From Eledone cirrhosa (Eukaryota): a DNA stretch of 64,000 nucleotides. Of the stretch, positions 13,534 to 26,096 are shown piece after piece. Position numbers and translations under genes: made by a program. Location of the stretch: NCBI GenBank assembly GCA_964016885.1, contig OZ024752.1, forward strand, positions 29,698,001-29,762,000. The letters run 5' to 3'. The notes under the pieces were generated by a model. The model was not told the DNA's origin. It searched no databases and was given only the letters and a program-made list of their open reading frames with translations. Position 1 is the stretch's first letter; the number at the start of each line of letters is the position of its first letter.

Positions 13534-14386
13534 GTTTAACGTCCCTGTTCCACGCTTGCATGGGTTTGGACGGGGGTTTTCCCACTTGAGGCAAGAGTGG
13601 TTGTCTTGCTCGCATAGGACTGTCTGGCGGGTTTTCTACAGCTGGGTGCCCTTCCTAACACCAACCACATTTACAGTGTGGGGCTGGGAGGTTTTTACCG
13701 TGTTGCCTACACGGCCACATTACAGCGTGGACTGTCTGGCGTGTTTTCTACAGCTGGATGCCCTTCCTAACACCAACCACATTTACAGTGTGGGACTGGG
13801 AGGTTTTTACCGTGTTGCCTACACGGTCACATTACAGCGTGGACTGTGTGTTTTTTTGTCGTGACATCTACACGATCTCGTTTGTTTCGGCCTGGATGCT
13901 GTGGCACCAACATAACTTTGTATTGAAGGGGGCGGTGTGGATGGGGTGGGACGGGGTGTATTTTGTTAGAGATGCCTACTGACTGTAGTAGGTTTTACTT
14001 TGTATTTAGGTGAGGTGGGTCTTCTCTGTTACTGAGTACCGCCAAAGGTCTCGGTCCAGTGACATTGTCTTGGAGAGGTCTAAGTGTGTGAGGTCGGAAT
14101 TTATCAGCTTGTCCCAGGTTTTCCTGGGTCTGCCTACTCCGTGGCTACCATCTATCTTTATTGCCCTGCACTTTGTTATACAGCTGTCGTCTTTCATGTG
14201 CATCACGTGACCATACCAACGTAGCCTTCCCTCTTATTTCTAATTTTTTGCTTAGTACGTTTATGCTTTGCCGTTCACGTATATTACTATTACACATCCA
14301 GCGGAGCATGCAAGCTTCGTTCCTCTCTAGTCTGCGTATATCCTCTGCACACAATGCCCAGGTCTCACTGCCATGCAACATTGCTG
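13501..14386 (-). mobile_element. RTE LINE 3' fragment with internal ~110-bp tandem duplication in the 3'UTR
   Basis: [23 protein letters not shown]...GRPRKTW; GGACTGTCTGGC...CATTACAGCGTGGACTG occurs twice (13617-13735, 13729-13846); (CAT)n. Confidence 0.9.
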
Positions 14387-14480
14387 TATATATATACACA
14401 TATTGTCCATCTTGTATACACATATACACATATATATATATATACACATATTGTCCATCATGTATACACATATACATATA

Positions 14481-14517
<37 letters not shown>

Positions 14518-14654
14518 GCATACAATAAAATATATAGGGGAGTTTGAAGTATGAAGGATAATGTACATTTGTGATAGAAAAGTGATAGAGGGGTGGATGG
14601 GGGTAGAGTGGGATATCAATAGTAAAGTATGGGATACATTGTGAGATATTAGTG

Positions 14655-15572
14655 GTATAATGGAGATGACAGATAGCTAGAGAGACAGATAGAGAGTGAG
14701 AGAGCGAGAGAGAGACAGATAGAGAGAGAGTTAGAGAGAGAGTGATATAATGGAGATGACAGATAGCTAGAGAGACAGATAGAGAGTGAGAGAGAGAGAG
14801 AGAGAGATAGAGAGATAGAGAGAGAGTTAGAGAGAGAGAGAGTGATATAATGGAGATGACAGATAGCTAGAGAGACAGATAGAGAGTGAGAGAGAGAGAG
14901 AGAGATAGAGAGAGAGAGTGAGAGTGATATAATGGAGATGACAGGGAGATAGATAGATAGATAGAGAGAGAGAGTGATATAATGGAGATGACAGATAGCT
15001 AGAGAGACAGATAGATAGATAGAGAGAGAGAGAGAGTGAGAGTGATATAATGGAGATGACAGGGAGATAGATATATAGATAGAGAGAGAGAGTGATATAA
15101 TGGAGATGACAGATAGAGAGATAGATAGAGAGAGAGATAGATAGTTAGAGAGATAGATAGTTAGAGAGAGAGAGAGTGATATAATGGAGATGACAGATAG
15201 AGACAGATAGATAGATAGAGAGAGAGAGAGTGAGAGTGATATAATGGAGATGACAGATAGCTAGAGAGACAGATAAGAGTGAGTGTGAGAGAGAGAGAGT
15301 GATATAATGGAGATGACAGGGAGATAGATAGATAGATAGAGAGAGAGAGTGATATAATGGAGATGACAGATAGCTAGAGAGACAGATAGAGAGTGAGTGA
15401 GAGAGAGAGAGAGTGATATAGTGGAGATCACAGGGAGATAGATAGATAGAGAGAGAGAGTGATATAATGGAGATGACAGATAGCTTGAGAGACAGATAGA
15501 GAGTGAGTGAGAGAGAGAGAGAGTGATATAATGGAGATGACAGATAGCTAGAGAGACAGATAGAGAGTGAGT

Positions 15573-15605
<33 letters not shown>

Positions 15606-15649
15606 TGAGAGAGAGAGAGGGTGAGAGTCATATAATGGAGATGACAGGG

Positions 15650-15697
<48 letters not shown>

Positions 15698-15785
15698 AGT
15701 GATATAATGGAGATAACAGGGAGATAGATAGATAAATAGAGAGAGAGAGAGAGAGTGATATAATGGAGATGACAGGGAGATAGAT

Positions 15786-15820
<35 letters not shown>

Positions 15821-15959
15821 TATAATGGAGATGACAGGGAGATAGATAGACAGAGAGAGAGAGAGATAGAGAGGGATATAATGGAGATGACAGGGAGATA
15901 GATAGACAGAGAGAGAGAGAGATAGAGAGTGATATAATGGAGATGACAGGGAGATAGAT

Positions 15960-15994
<35 letters not shown>

Positions 15995-16359
15995 TATAAT
16001 GGAGATGACAGGGAGATAGATAGACAGAGAGAGAGAGAGATAGAGAGGGATATAATGGAGATGACAGGGAGATAGATAGACAGAGAGAGAGAGAGATAGA
16101 GAGGGATATAATGGAGATGACAGGGAGATAGATAGACAGAGAGAGAGAGAGATAGAGAGTGATATAATAGAGATGACAGATAGAGAGATAGATAGATAGA
16201 GAGAGAGAGTGAGAGTGATATAATGGAGATGACAGATAGAGAGATAGATAGAGAGAGAGATAGATAGTTAGAGAGAGAGAGTGATATAATGGAGATGACA
16301 GATAGAGAGATAGATAGATAGAGAGAGAGAGAGAGTGAGAGTGATATAATGGAGACGAC

Positions 16360-16391
<32 letters not shown>

Positions 16392-16425
16392 TGAGAGTGA
16401 TATAATGGAGACGACAGGGAGAGAA
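14655..16425. repeat. Minisatellite: core GTGATATAATGGAGATGACAG with variable (GA)n/(GATA)n spacers
   Basis: About 30 recurrences of the core. Confidence 0.92.
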
Positions 16426-16502
16426 GTAAGACATGACCAACTTCTCAGGGAGAGAGAAAAAGAAAGAGAGAGAAAGGGAAAGAGAGAGAGAGTAGGTAGT
16501 AA

Positions 16503-16686
16503 TAGTTGTTTCTACTTTTGGCACAAGGCCAGGAATAACCCAGTGTATTACTGGTACTTTATTTTATCGACCCCGTAAGGATGAAAGGCAAAGTTAACCT
16601 CGGCGGCATTTGAACTCAGAATGGAAAGGGCCGTAACTCTATGCGTCAAATCATGGCGTCCGACCCTTTACTGATACTGCCAATCC
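16503..16686 (-). mobile_element. SINE family A
   Basis: Full reverse-complement copy. Confidence 0.9.
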
Positions 16687-16734
16687 ATAATAATAATAAT
16701 AAAATATAGAAGAAAGACAGAGTTAACAATAATA

Positions 16735-16929
16735 ACTGTTTCTACTTTAGGCAATTTTGGGGGAGGGGAAAGTCGATTAAATCGACCCCGGTCCATTACT
16801 GGTACTTTATTTTATCGACCCCGTTAGGATGAAGAGCAACGGTAACCTCGGCGGGATTTGAACTCAGAGAGCAGAGAGTCAGAACGAATGTTACAAAGCA
16901 TCCTGTCCAATGTTCTAATGACTCCGCCA

Positions 16930-16930
<1 letters not shown>
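16735..16930 (-). mobile_element. SINE family A variant (longer 3' part)
   Basis: Same core plus GGGGAGGGGAAAGTCGATTAAATCGACCCC segment. Confidence 0.8.
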
Positions 16931-17000
<70 letters not shown>

Positions 17001-17156
17001 AATAAATAAATAAATAAAAAATAATGTGAAGGAAATTGAAAATATTCAATATAAATGATATATAGGAATAAATATGATTGATACTTTGAAAGATGGAAGA
17101 AGAAGAAGAAGAAGAAGAAGAAGAAGAAGAAGAAGAAGAAGAAGAAGAAGAAGAAA
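16931..17156. repeat. (AAT)n, (AAAT)n and (GAA)n microsatellites
   Basis: Directly visible. Confidence 0.9.
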
Positions 17157-17546
17157 GTGAGAAGCGTTTTGTTTTGTATATTTTCTGAAGAACTTAAGAA
17201 TGTAGAACAATAATGGTAGAGAAGGAAGACAGAGAGGAAATGTTCAAATATGGCTAAGTAAGAACAAATTATTGAACAAAGTTGAGGTAAATAAAGACGA
17301 AAGAGATGAGGAGAAAGACTAGTACATTATAAAGGTGTATATAGCTATTAAGTCTGCACACATTTGTATGTATAGGCCTATAGGTCTGCACACATACGTA
17401 TGTATTGACCTATTTTATATATAGCCTATAGGTCTGCACACATATTGGGCTATTTTACATGCAGCCTATAAGTCTGCACACATTGAAAGATCATACATAA
17501 CTCTGTGTGTGTGTGTGTGCGCATACGTATGCATGTGTGTTTATGT

Positions 17547-17972
17547 ATCATCATCATCATCATCTTCGTTTAACGTCCATCTTCCACGCTATCATGGGTT
17601 AGACGGGAGTTGGTCGGGTGACCATGTCTCACTCATATAGGACTATCTGGCAGGTTTTCTACGACTGGATGCCCTTCCTAACACCAACCACATTTACAGT
17701 GTGGAACTGGGAACTTTTTACCGTGTTACCTACACGGCCACATTACAGCGTGGACTGTGTGTTTTTGTCGAGACACCTACATGATCTCGATCTCATTATC
17801 TCATTTATTTGGACTGGATGTTGTGGTACCAACTTTACAGAGAGAGGGTGGTGTTGGTGGGAGTGGGAGGATAGGGTAGGGGTAGTGGATTGGGTGTATA
17901 TTTGGTTAAGAGGTGCCTACTGACTGTAGGTTTTGCTTTGTACATAGGCAAGACGGGTCTTCTGTATTACTG
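17547..17972 (-). mobile_element. RTE LINE 3'UTR fragment
   Basis: Reverse complement of the 3'UTR seen at 58870-59200. Confidence 0.8.
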
Positions 17973-18074
17973 CGTGTATATAATATGTATATATTTCAAG
18001 CATGAGTGAGACAAGATTGCACACTAGCTCCTGTACTGTTTAATGTTGTCTTTGTCTGTGAGACCAGAAGGATA

Positions 18075-18368
18075 GAAAGCAAGGTGTTTAAAGTCTATCA
18101 TGAGCCCAGAGGTTCACCCGACCAGCACTTATCCTGGTTTCCATGGTGTTAAGCAACTGAGAGTACACAACTCCCCCTTGGACAGGAAACCAGTCCATCA
18201 CAGGGTTAAATCCCCAGGTATTGATGGTTCTCATTTTCAGCTGAGTATACTGGATGAATGTGAAATGAAGTGTTTTGCTCAAGAACATAACACACAAACA
18301 AGTCCAGAAATTGAACCCACGCTATTATGATTATAAGTCCAGCACCCTTACCACTAGGCCACACGCAA
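18075..18368 (-). mobile_element. tRNA-derived SINE (family B-like head, different tail)
   Basis: Reverse strand TGGCCTAGTGGTAAGGGTGCTGGAC...GGTTCAATTTC...TCTTGAGCAAAACACTT; similar to 23296-23555. Confidence 0.75.
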
Positions 18369-18716
18369 CCACTGAAATAGAGGTTGGAATGGCTATAAAC
18401 TATTGTCTTAGTAGAAACTATTTCAGCATCTGGAGACTGCAGGTAACTGCTAAACTCAGGTATGAATAGATTGGTTCATATGAAATAGCAGAAAAAGACC
18501 TTAGGAATACTACAGATTTGATTCTAAACCAATGTCTTCAGCTCCATTCTACTCCATGGAACCTTGGGAAAGTGTCTACTACTACAGCCTTGGGCTGACC
18601 AATTCCTTGGAAGTAAACTTGGTAGAAGGATACTTTAAAAGAATAATATAGTGTATATATTATATATTGAGTACCTTACTGTGGTTACCCCCGATTGAAC
18701 CCGGAATAACTTATAT

Positions 18717-19060
18717 GGAGGCACATGGCTTAGTGGTTAGAGTATTGGCCTTGCAATCGAAAGGTTGTGAGTTCATTTCTCAGACTGGGTGATGTGTTGT
18801 TTCCTTGAGCAAGACACTTTATTTCACATTGCTCCAGTTTACTCAGCTGTAGAAATGAGATGATAGGGACTGGGGTCCCTATCATTCCACTGTAAAGCGG
18901 TCGTGGAGGTGCCACGACAAAAAAGCACCCAGCACTCACTGTAAATGAGGTTGGTGTTAGGAAGGGCATCCAGCTGTAGAAATCAAGCCAGAATCACTTC
19001 CCGTCCCACCCTTGCAAGCAGGGAAAAGCGGATGTAAAATGAAATGATGAAAGGATGAAA
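18717..19060 (+). mobile_element. tRNA-derived SINE family B, full length
   Basis: GGAGGCACATGGCTTAGTGGTTAGAG (A box)...GAGTTCATTTC (B box)...CCTTGAGCAAGACACTT...GGAAGGGCATCCAGCTGTAG...ATGATGA. Confidence 0.9.
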
Positions 19061-20027
19061 ATGATATTTGTATATCTTTGTATATATTTGTGTGTGTGTG
19101 CGTACATGCATGGGTGTGGATTTACTGACAGCACTTTATCAGCAACTGGTGAAACATCCCACATGTAACATAGTGTGTGAGTGTGTGTATATTCTCTCTC
19201 TCTCTCTCTATATATACATATTTACACATGCATATGTATGTGCATGTGTACGTGCTTATCCCTTTTTCTTCATACATATATATACAATCTAACATTTGGA
19301 AAAGCCTCGGCTTTTGGTGGGAATTTATTAAAGATATACTAAATAGATAAGAAATAATTTCAGTCTGAAGGGCGTAAAGTTGCTTCTTTCCTCCCTGACA
19401 CTTCTTGACATGCACCAAGTACACTCTGAGATATTCAACTTTTCACCATTAAATTCTGGATATATTCTTATATTTATATAATCTCAAAATGTTGTTAAGT
19501 GTATTATCTGTTTGAATTATATGTTCCTAGCAGTAAAATTGCTTCTTGTATATATATACACACTGGTTAATTCCTGTTCCTTTGATAAGCAACTGTATCT
19601 CAAGACACTCAAGCTCAGCATTTCATGTAGATTCATACTGCACATCAAACTGTCCATATTCAGATAACCCATTCTCACTTACTGCTGACTTACTATATTC
19701 ATATATTCATATATATATATATATAATTTTTTTTGTATTTCTTATATGTAGGTCTAATACAACATTGAGGTAGAAATGCTTTGCTGTCAACAGAGATAAT
19801 ATCTCTCGAAACACCTTTGAAAGTATTAAAGTAGCTGAGGTCTTAATACTGCTAACATATCTTATTTATTCAATGTAAACCCAATCATACAATGAATACC
19901 AAAATAACATTCTTTTCTCTTTCAAATTATGTAATTATGATTTAAAAACAAGGAAGGTCTAGATATTGTCATATTTTGGTTACTGTTTCACTGATATTAT
20001 ATATTATATATTATATATTATATATTA

Positions 20028-20565
20028 CAGGGTCGATAAAATAAAGTACCAGTAATACACTGGGTAATTGCTGGCCTTGTCCCTAAAGTAGAAACAATTA
20101 TATATAAGTATATGGTTAACTTTGCCTTTTCATCCTTACGGGGTCGATAAAATAAAGTACCAGTAATACACTGGGATGATTTGCTGGCCTTGTGCCAAAA
20201 GTAGAAACAATTATATATAAGTATATGACAATATCTAGACCTTCCTTGTTTTTAAATCATAGTTACATAATTTTAAAGAGAAAGGAATTTTATTTTGATA
20301 TTCATTGTATGATTGGGTTTACATTGAATAAATAAGATTAGTTGGCAGTATTAACACTTCAGCTACTTTAATAGTAGGTGGATTGGCAGTATCGGTAGAG
20401 GGTCGGACGCCATGCTTTGACACATAGAGTTACGACCCTTGCCATTCTGAGTTCAAATCCCGCCGAGGCTAACTTTGCCTTTCATCCTTACGGGGTCGAT
20501 AAAATAAAGTACCAGTAATGCACTGGGTAATTGCTGGCCTTGTACCAAAAGTAGAAACAATTATA
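20028..20565 (+). mobile_element. Cluster of SINE A: two 5'-truncated copies (20028-20100, 20135-20212) and one full copy (20377-20562)
   Basis: Core motif three times, each followed by ATTATATATAAGT. Confidence 0.88.
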
Positions 20566-21150
20566 TATAAGTTACTATATATAAGACATATAATATATAA
20601 GACATGTATAATGTTACATTATATATAAGTTACTATATATAATGTCATATTATATATATAAGACATTATATTAATACATAATGTTATATATAATGCCATA
20701 TTGTATATAAGTTACTATATAAAAGACTTTATATACAAGTTACTATATATAAGACATTATATACAAGTTACTATACACAAGACATTATATACAAGTTACT
20801 ATATATAATGACATATATATAAGACATATACAAGTTACTATATATAGTGCCATATATACAAGTTACTATATATAAGAGATTATATGTCACTATATATATA
20901 AGACATTATATATATAAGAGATTATATATATATGAGATTATATAAGTCACTATATATAAGAGATTATATAAGTCACTATATATATAAGACATTATATACA
21001 AGTTATTATATATAATGACATATATATAAGTTACTATACATGAGGCATATATATAAGTTACTATATGTAAGATATATAAGTTACTCTATATAAGACATAT
21101 ATATATATAATGTTATAGTATATATATAATGCCATATTATATATAAGTAA
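20563..21150. repeat. Degenerate AT-rich minisatellite (TATATAAGTTACTATATATAAGACAT-like)
   Basis: Recurring AAGTTACTATAT/AAGACAT motifs. Confidence 0.8.
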
Positions 21151-21777
21151 ATCCCAAAACGAACTCATATGTAATCAATATAAAGCCATTTTGGAACTGC
21201 CTTACTAAAGTAGGGAGAATCTTTATCTTAAAATTTTCAATGTTACATATTTCTTTTACTTTAGTTTTTATGTTTAGCAATTCTATCTTTAGTTATTTCT
21301 GTTGACTAGGTGTCTTCTGACATCCAACTAAATGCCAGTTATAGTTTATTTAGTTTGTTTCTCTTATTACTTCATCAACTTAGAAATACAGAGATAAGAA
21401 CATTTAGAATAAACTAGATATACCATTTAAGATCCTTCTGTTCATCCTTACTACTCAGTAGGCACAGCAGCTACTGTTTTCCAAACTGTGAGTGGTCTAG
21501 CCCCAGGATGGAGATATCAGGTCTGGATTGAAAGGCATGCTGTGCATTAAATATGATGCAATTTGCTTTGATTATCATACTGCATTCCAGAGAGGGTGAT
21601 GAATGCATAGACTATAGCGTAGTAAACATGTTTGATGAAAGCAGTTCGTTCAACATTTTCTGAACTAAGTTTTGCTTGACTTGAATTCCTCATGACTTTC
21701 CAATAAAAAACACACACACAAAAAAAGAAATTTTAAACCAGAAATAGAATAAAGAAAATATATTAGAATTAACTCAC

Positions 21778-21818
21778 CTCTGTACATAGATCTTCATAAG
21801 TTTCAGTGTATTGAAAAT
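21778..21818 (-). CDS. Candidate internal exon of an unidentified host gene, (D)FQYTETYEDLCTE
   Basis: Acceptor TTTTAAATATTTCAG, donor GAG|GTGAGT; 41 nt, phase 1 to 0, compatible with exon 23737-23832. Confidence 0.55.
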
Positions 21819-22254
21819 CTGAAATATTTAAAACATCAAATAATTTCTTGTTTCTTAATAAAAAAAAAAAAAAAAAAATCTCAACAGCATAAACAGAAAA
21901 TAACAAGAATTATAATTTGGAATCAAATTAGTTGAAAAATGGTAGTATCACCAGGTATTTAGGCATGACATATTTATTTTTATATGCCAGACTGACTCTG
22001 GATTTCATTTTTAATGAGATCAAAAACTATGTACCAAAGTTCTGGAGCCAATCATCATCATCATCATCACTGTCATTGTTTTTACATCTGCTTTTACATG
22101 CTGACATGGGCTGGACCAATATATTTGATTAAAACAAATGAAGATGGTTCTCCAGTATGGCTGTAATCCAAAGAGATGGTTAGCTTTTAAAGCAAATGAA
22201 TCTATCCCTTTGTACTTGTTCTCTGGATTTGATTTTCATGATCTGCATTAGTAT

Positions 22255-22486
22255 GATCATGTGCTGTGCATGGATGATGATTGCTGGGTGAAGAAGTGCC
22301 AGGTAATCCCAGTGGAAGGAAGCCACAGTTGAGGAAGGCCTTGGCAGAGGTGGTGAGAGTTGACCTCAAATTGCTGAGACTCACAGAGGAGATGATGAAG
22401 GAAGGTGGTGAGTAGAGAGATGCTGTGCTGAAAAGGACCCATCCAACCCATGCAAGCATGGAAAAATGGACATGATAATGATGATG
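22255..22486 (+). mobile_element. Degenerate RTE 3' end
   Basis: HVLCMDDDCWVKKC-like codons, CCCATGCAAGCATGGAAAAATGGAC, ATGATG tail. Confidence 0.7.
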
Positions 22487-22517
22487 TATTCAAGATTTCA
22501 TGGAACAGAAAAATGAA

Positions 22518-22549
<32 letters not shown>

Positions 22550-23295
22550 GGTCATAAAACTAGTATAGACAAGAATTTGAAGTGTTTTAACGAAATGGAA
22601 TGTAGTGGCAAAATCATGAAAATAGTGTTTGATGTCTGTGGAAGTAAATGAAGGAAGTGAAGATAGCACAATGATGGACGAGGAATTGGAGTTTTTCAGT
22701 AAGAAAATGTTTATTCTTTTGGATGTATGTGACATCAAATGTAGCAGCAATATGTTATTGTCGAAGTAAATACTATCTATAGGCAAAATAGTATTTACTT
22801 GTTTCTAAATAGGAAGTCATATTCTTTTGATATAGTTTAAGAAATATTACCTTAAATATTTCTATTTAACCTCAAACATGTTATACTATTGTTGAAACAA
22901 CACTAAATATCAAGAACATATTTTTCTTTTATGATCTAGTATACTAGATCATATTACATAGTCTAACATAGATCACCTACTATGTTTTAGTATTCTAGAA
23001 GTTACACTTGCTTGAGAGGGGTGACTTCTTCTCTGAAGACATTCTATTCTTCATCTCTCCTGAGAGTTTCTTACTGCATATTAGTATGATCTAGTATATT
23101 AGCTCTTATATGATCTAGTATAAACTCCCTCCTATGGTTTAGCATTCTAGAAGTTAAGGGCCAAAACACTTGCTTGAGATGGGTTTCTTCTGTGAAGACC
23201 TTTCCCTGAGAGTTTCTTATCACATGATTTAGTATAAACCACTTACTATGGTTCAATATACTAAATCATATTAGTATGATCTAGTATACATCAGT

Positions 23296-23555
23296 GGAGG
23301 CAAGTGGCCTAGTGGTAATGGTGTTGGACTTATGATCATAATGTTGTGGGATCAATTCCTGGGCTGGGCTGCGTGTTGTGTCCTTGAGCAAAACACTTCA
23401 TTTTACGTTGCTCCAGTATATTTAGTTGAAAAAGAGTACAAGCAATAGCTGGGGGTTTAACCCTGCAATGGACTGGTGTCCTGTCCTAGGGGAAGTCTTG
23501 CATTCTCAGTTGCTTCACACCATGAAATCGAGATAAGCACCTGCTTAACAAGCCT
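23296..23555 (+). mobile_element. tRNA-derived SINE (diverged)
   Basis: GGAGGCAAGTGGCCTAGTGGTAATGG...GGGATCAATTCC...GTCCTTGAGCAAAACACTT. Confidence 0.75.
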
Positions 23556-23736
23556 TAAATTATTTAAGACAGACTTAGTATACATCCCAATATTTCTGTT
23601 TTAGTCTTTAAAAAAAAGTAATGAACACTCACTCCTTTCCATAGGCCTCAATTATAACACCATATTTTAAACATTATTACAAAGTAAATTGTCCTAATCA
23701 CAAATTTTGTACGATTTGTTAAAGAAAGCAACTTAC

Positions 23737-23832
23737 CTTTTGAAGCTGATATTCTTCGAGTTGTGATATTTTGGAAAAGAGATTTCACTTGAGATGAATT
23801 AGATTTCAGGGAAGATTTAAATGGTGACATCC
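23737..23832 (-). CDS. Candidate exon of an unidentified host gene, MSPFKSSLKSNSSQVKSLFQNITTRRISASK
   Basis: Acceptor TGTCTTTCTAG, donor AAG|GTAAGT; 96 nt open; trailing G joins AT of exon 21778-21818 to give Asp in frame. Confidence 0.55.
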
Positions 23833-23879
23833 CTAGAAAGACATTGAATCAATATATATATATATGTGTGTGTGTGTGT

Positions 23880-24096
23880 ATGCAAAAAGGGAAACAACAA
23901 AGCAAGCAACACAGTACAGTGAAAAAATATATTAGTTTAACATTTGATATAGTAGGAAAAGAGTCTTTACGTTTTGGACACTAGTCCTTCACCAGAAGAT
24001 AGAATGAGAAACAAAAAATGAAATAGAAAGGTAGAGAAGACGAACAGGAAGGAACAAACAAATGTTTGTGAAAAAGCACGTGTATGTTCAGTTAGC
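23880..24096 (-). mobile_element. ~210-bp dispersed repeat with a degenerate hammerhead-like motif (second copy 27821-28035, plus strand)
   Basis: Reverse complement aligns with 27821-28035; both carry CTGGTGAAGGACTAGTGTC(C/T)(G/A)AAACGT. Confidence 0.65.
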
Positions 24097-24184
24097 CATT
24101 TTAGAGAAAAAAAAATACATATATATGATTGAATGTGAAAGAAAGGGATTAAATATATAGCACAGAGTGAATAATGATTTTTAC

Positions 24185-24790
24185 ATTAAGCAAAAGTCCA
24201 GTAATTTTTTGGGGGAAGTGAAAGCCAATTAAATTGAACCCAGTTCTTGACTGGTATTTTATCAACTTCAGAAGGTTGAAAGACATAGTTGATCTTAGTG
24301 AGATTTGAACTCAGAACATAAAGAACTGTAACCAAATACTACAAAGGATTCTGTTGTGTACAGAGTTAATTGATAATAGTTTCTGACTAAGGCACAAGAC
24401 CAACAATTTTTGGGGAGGGGAAAGTCGATTAAATCGACCCCAGTTGGTTACTGGTACTTTATTTTATCAACCCTGTAAAGGATGAAAGGCAACACTTTTA
24501 TTAATAATTGTTTCTACTTTAGGCACAAGGCCAGCAATTACCCAGTGCATTACTGGTACTTTATTTTATCGACAATAATAGTTTCTGATTTAGGCACAAA
24601 GTCAATAATTTTGGGGGTAAGGAAAGTCAATTAAATTGATCTCTGTGCATTACTGGTACTTTATTTTATTGTCTCCATAAAGATGAAATGCAAAGTTAAC
24701 CTTGGTGTAATTTGGACTCAGAGCATAAAGTGATGTAACTAAATGCCACAAAGCATGCTGTCCAACGCTCTACTGATTACAACCTATCCA
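24185..24790 (-). mobile_element. Tandem stack of four SINE A/A-variant fragments
   Basis: Repeated CTGGTACTTTATTTTATC / AGGCACAAG motifs at ~24250, 24450, 24550 and 24655. Confidence 0.8.
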
Positions 24791-25008
24791 CCATCCTTGC
24801 ACAGAGTTAATAACAACAATATATGTGTGTTTGTGTAAAATAGATGCACCTGTACCTCATAGTGTGTATCTTAATTGGATACTTTCCTTTGAAAATGGTC
24901 TCTAACTAATTATACATTAATTAGAGCTATGGCAAACAAAAGTATCTGTGAAAGAAATCAGATGGGAAGAAAGAATCAAGAATACTCTAAAATAAAGAAG
25001 ATGCATAT

Positions 25009-25085
<77 letters not shown>

Positions 25086-25292
25086 CGGAGGAAGTTGTAG
25101 TTTACTTGAAGCATTGCGTAATGAGGTATAAACGTTAGAAGGCCAAAACAATGCAGGTATGGATATAGAATATAAATGCAAATGCAAAAGATATTGTTGA
25201 CAATTAGTCTTTTACCTTAAATTTATTTAAATATCCTTAATTTTCGAGATAATATCTCTTCTTTGGAAGGAAGTAAGGGGGTTAATCCAGTG

Positions 25293-25797
25293 TTGCAAGG
25301 GTGGGACGGGAACTGATTCTGGGTTGATTTCTAACACCAACCTCATTTACAGTGAGTGCTGGGTGCTTTTTTCCGTGGCGCCTACATGTCCACTTTACAG
25401 TGTGAGGTGGGTGCTTTTTTGTCGTGGCACCTCCACAACCACTTTGCAGTGGAATGATAAGGACCCCAGTCCTATCATCTCATTTCTACAGCTGAGTAAA
25501 CTGGAACAATGTGAAATAAAGTGTCTTGCTCAAGGAAACAACACATCACCCGGTCTGAGAATTGAACTCACAACCTTTCGATTGCAAGGCCATATATATA
25601 TATATATATATCATCATCATCATCATCATCAGGTTTAGCGTCCGTGTTCCACGCTTGCATGGGTTTGGACGGGGGTTTTCCCACTTGAGGCAAGAGTGGT
25701 TGTCTTGCTCGCATAGGACTGTCTGGCGGGTTTTCTACAGTTGGATGCCCTTCCTAACACCAACCACATTTACAGTGTGGGGCTGGGAGGTTTTTAC
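25293..25797 (-). mobile_element. SINE B (25293-25590) plus RTE 3' terminus (25611-25797)
   Basis: Match to other copies in the window. Confidence 0.8.
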
Positions 25798-25951
25798 TAA
25801 AAAATATGAAGAGAGTGTTTAACTCCAACACACTCTAGTATTTTAATTCTTATATATATATATATATATATATAACGAAGGAAATGTGGTAAGGAACCAG
25901 GTGGACCATAACGCACCAAAGTACTCAATACTTGAGGTAGTAGAGTGGGTA

Positions 25952-26030
25952 ATAGGAACCAGTAAGACCCCGACAGCTGAGCTCAAGCCGTCGAAACGGC
26001 TTGAGCTCAGCTGTCGGGGTCTTACTGGTT

Positions 26031-26035
<5 letters not shown>
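25952..26035. repeat. Perfect 40-bp inverted repeat with 4-nt loop (CGAA), inside a small element in (TA)n
   Basis: ATAGGAACCAGTAAGACCCCGACAGCTGAGCTCAAGCCGT-CGAA-exact reverse complement. Confidence 0.95.

Positions 26036-26096
<61 letters not shown>

Noticed and set aside
3776-13864. Many long Y/I/H/C/V-rich ORFs (also at 44222-44748 and 56190-57630)
   Set aside because: Translations of (TA)n/(CA)n microsatellites that lack stop codons by composition
9690-16425. Repeat-spacer arrays superficially like CRISPR
   Set aside because: Spacers are only variable-length (TA)n or (GA)n, not unique sequences; no cas genes; eukaryotic context
18717-18790. tRNA gene-like sequences at SINE heads
   Set aside because: A/B boxes present but no complete cloverleaf; they continue into SINE bodies
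25217-25262. Possible minus-strand exon with GTAAAA donor
   Set aside because: Stops in all three frames; could only be UTR and is unsupported
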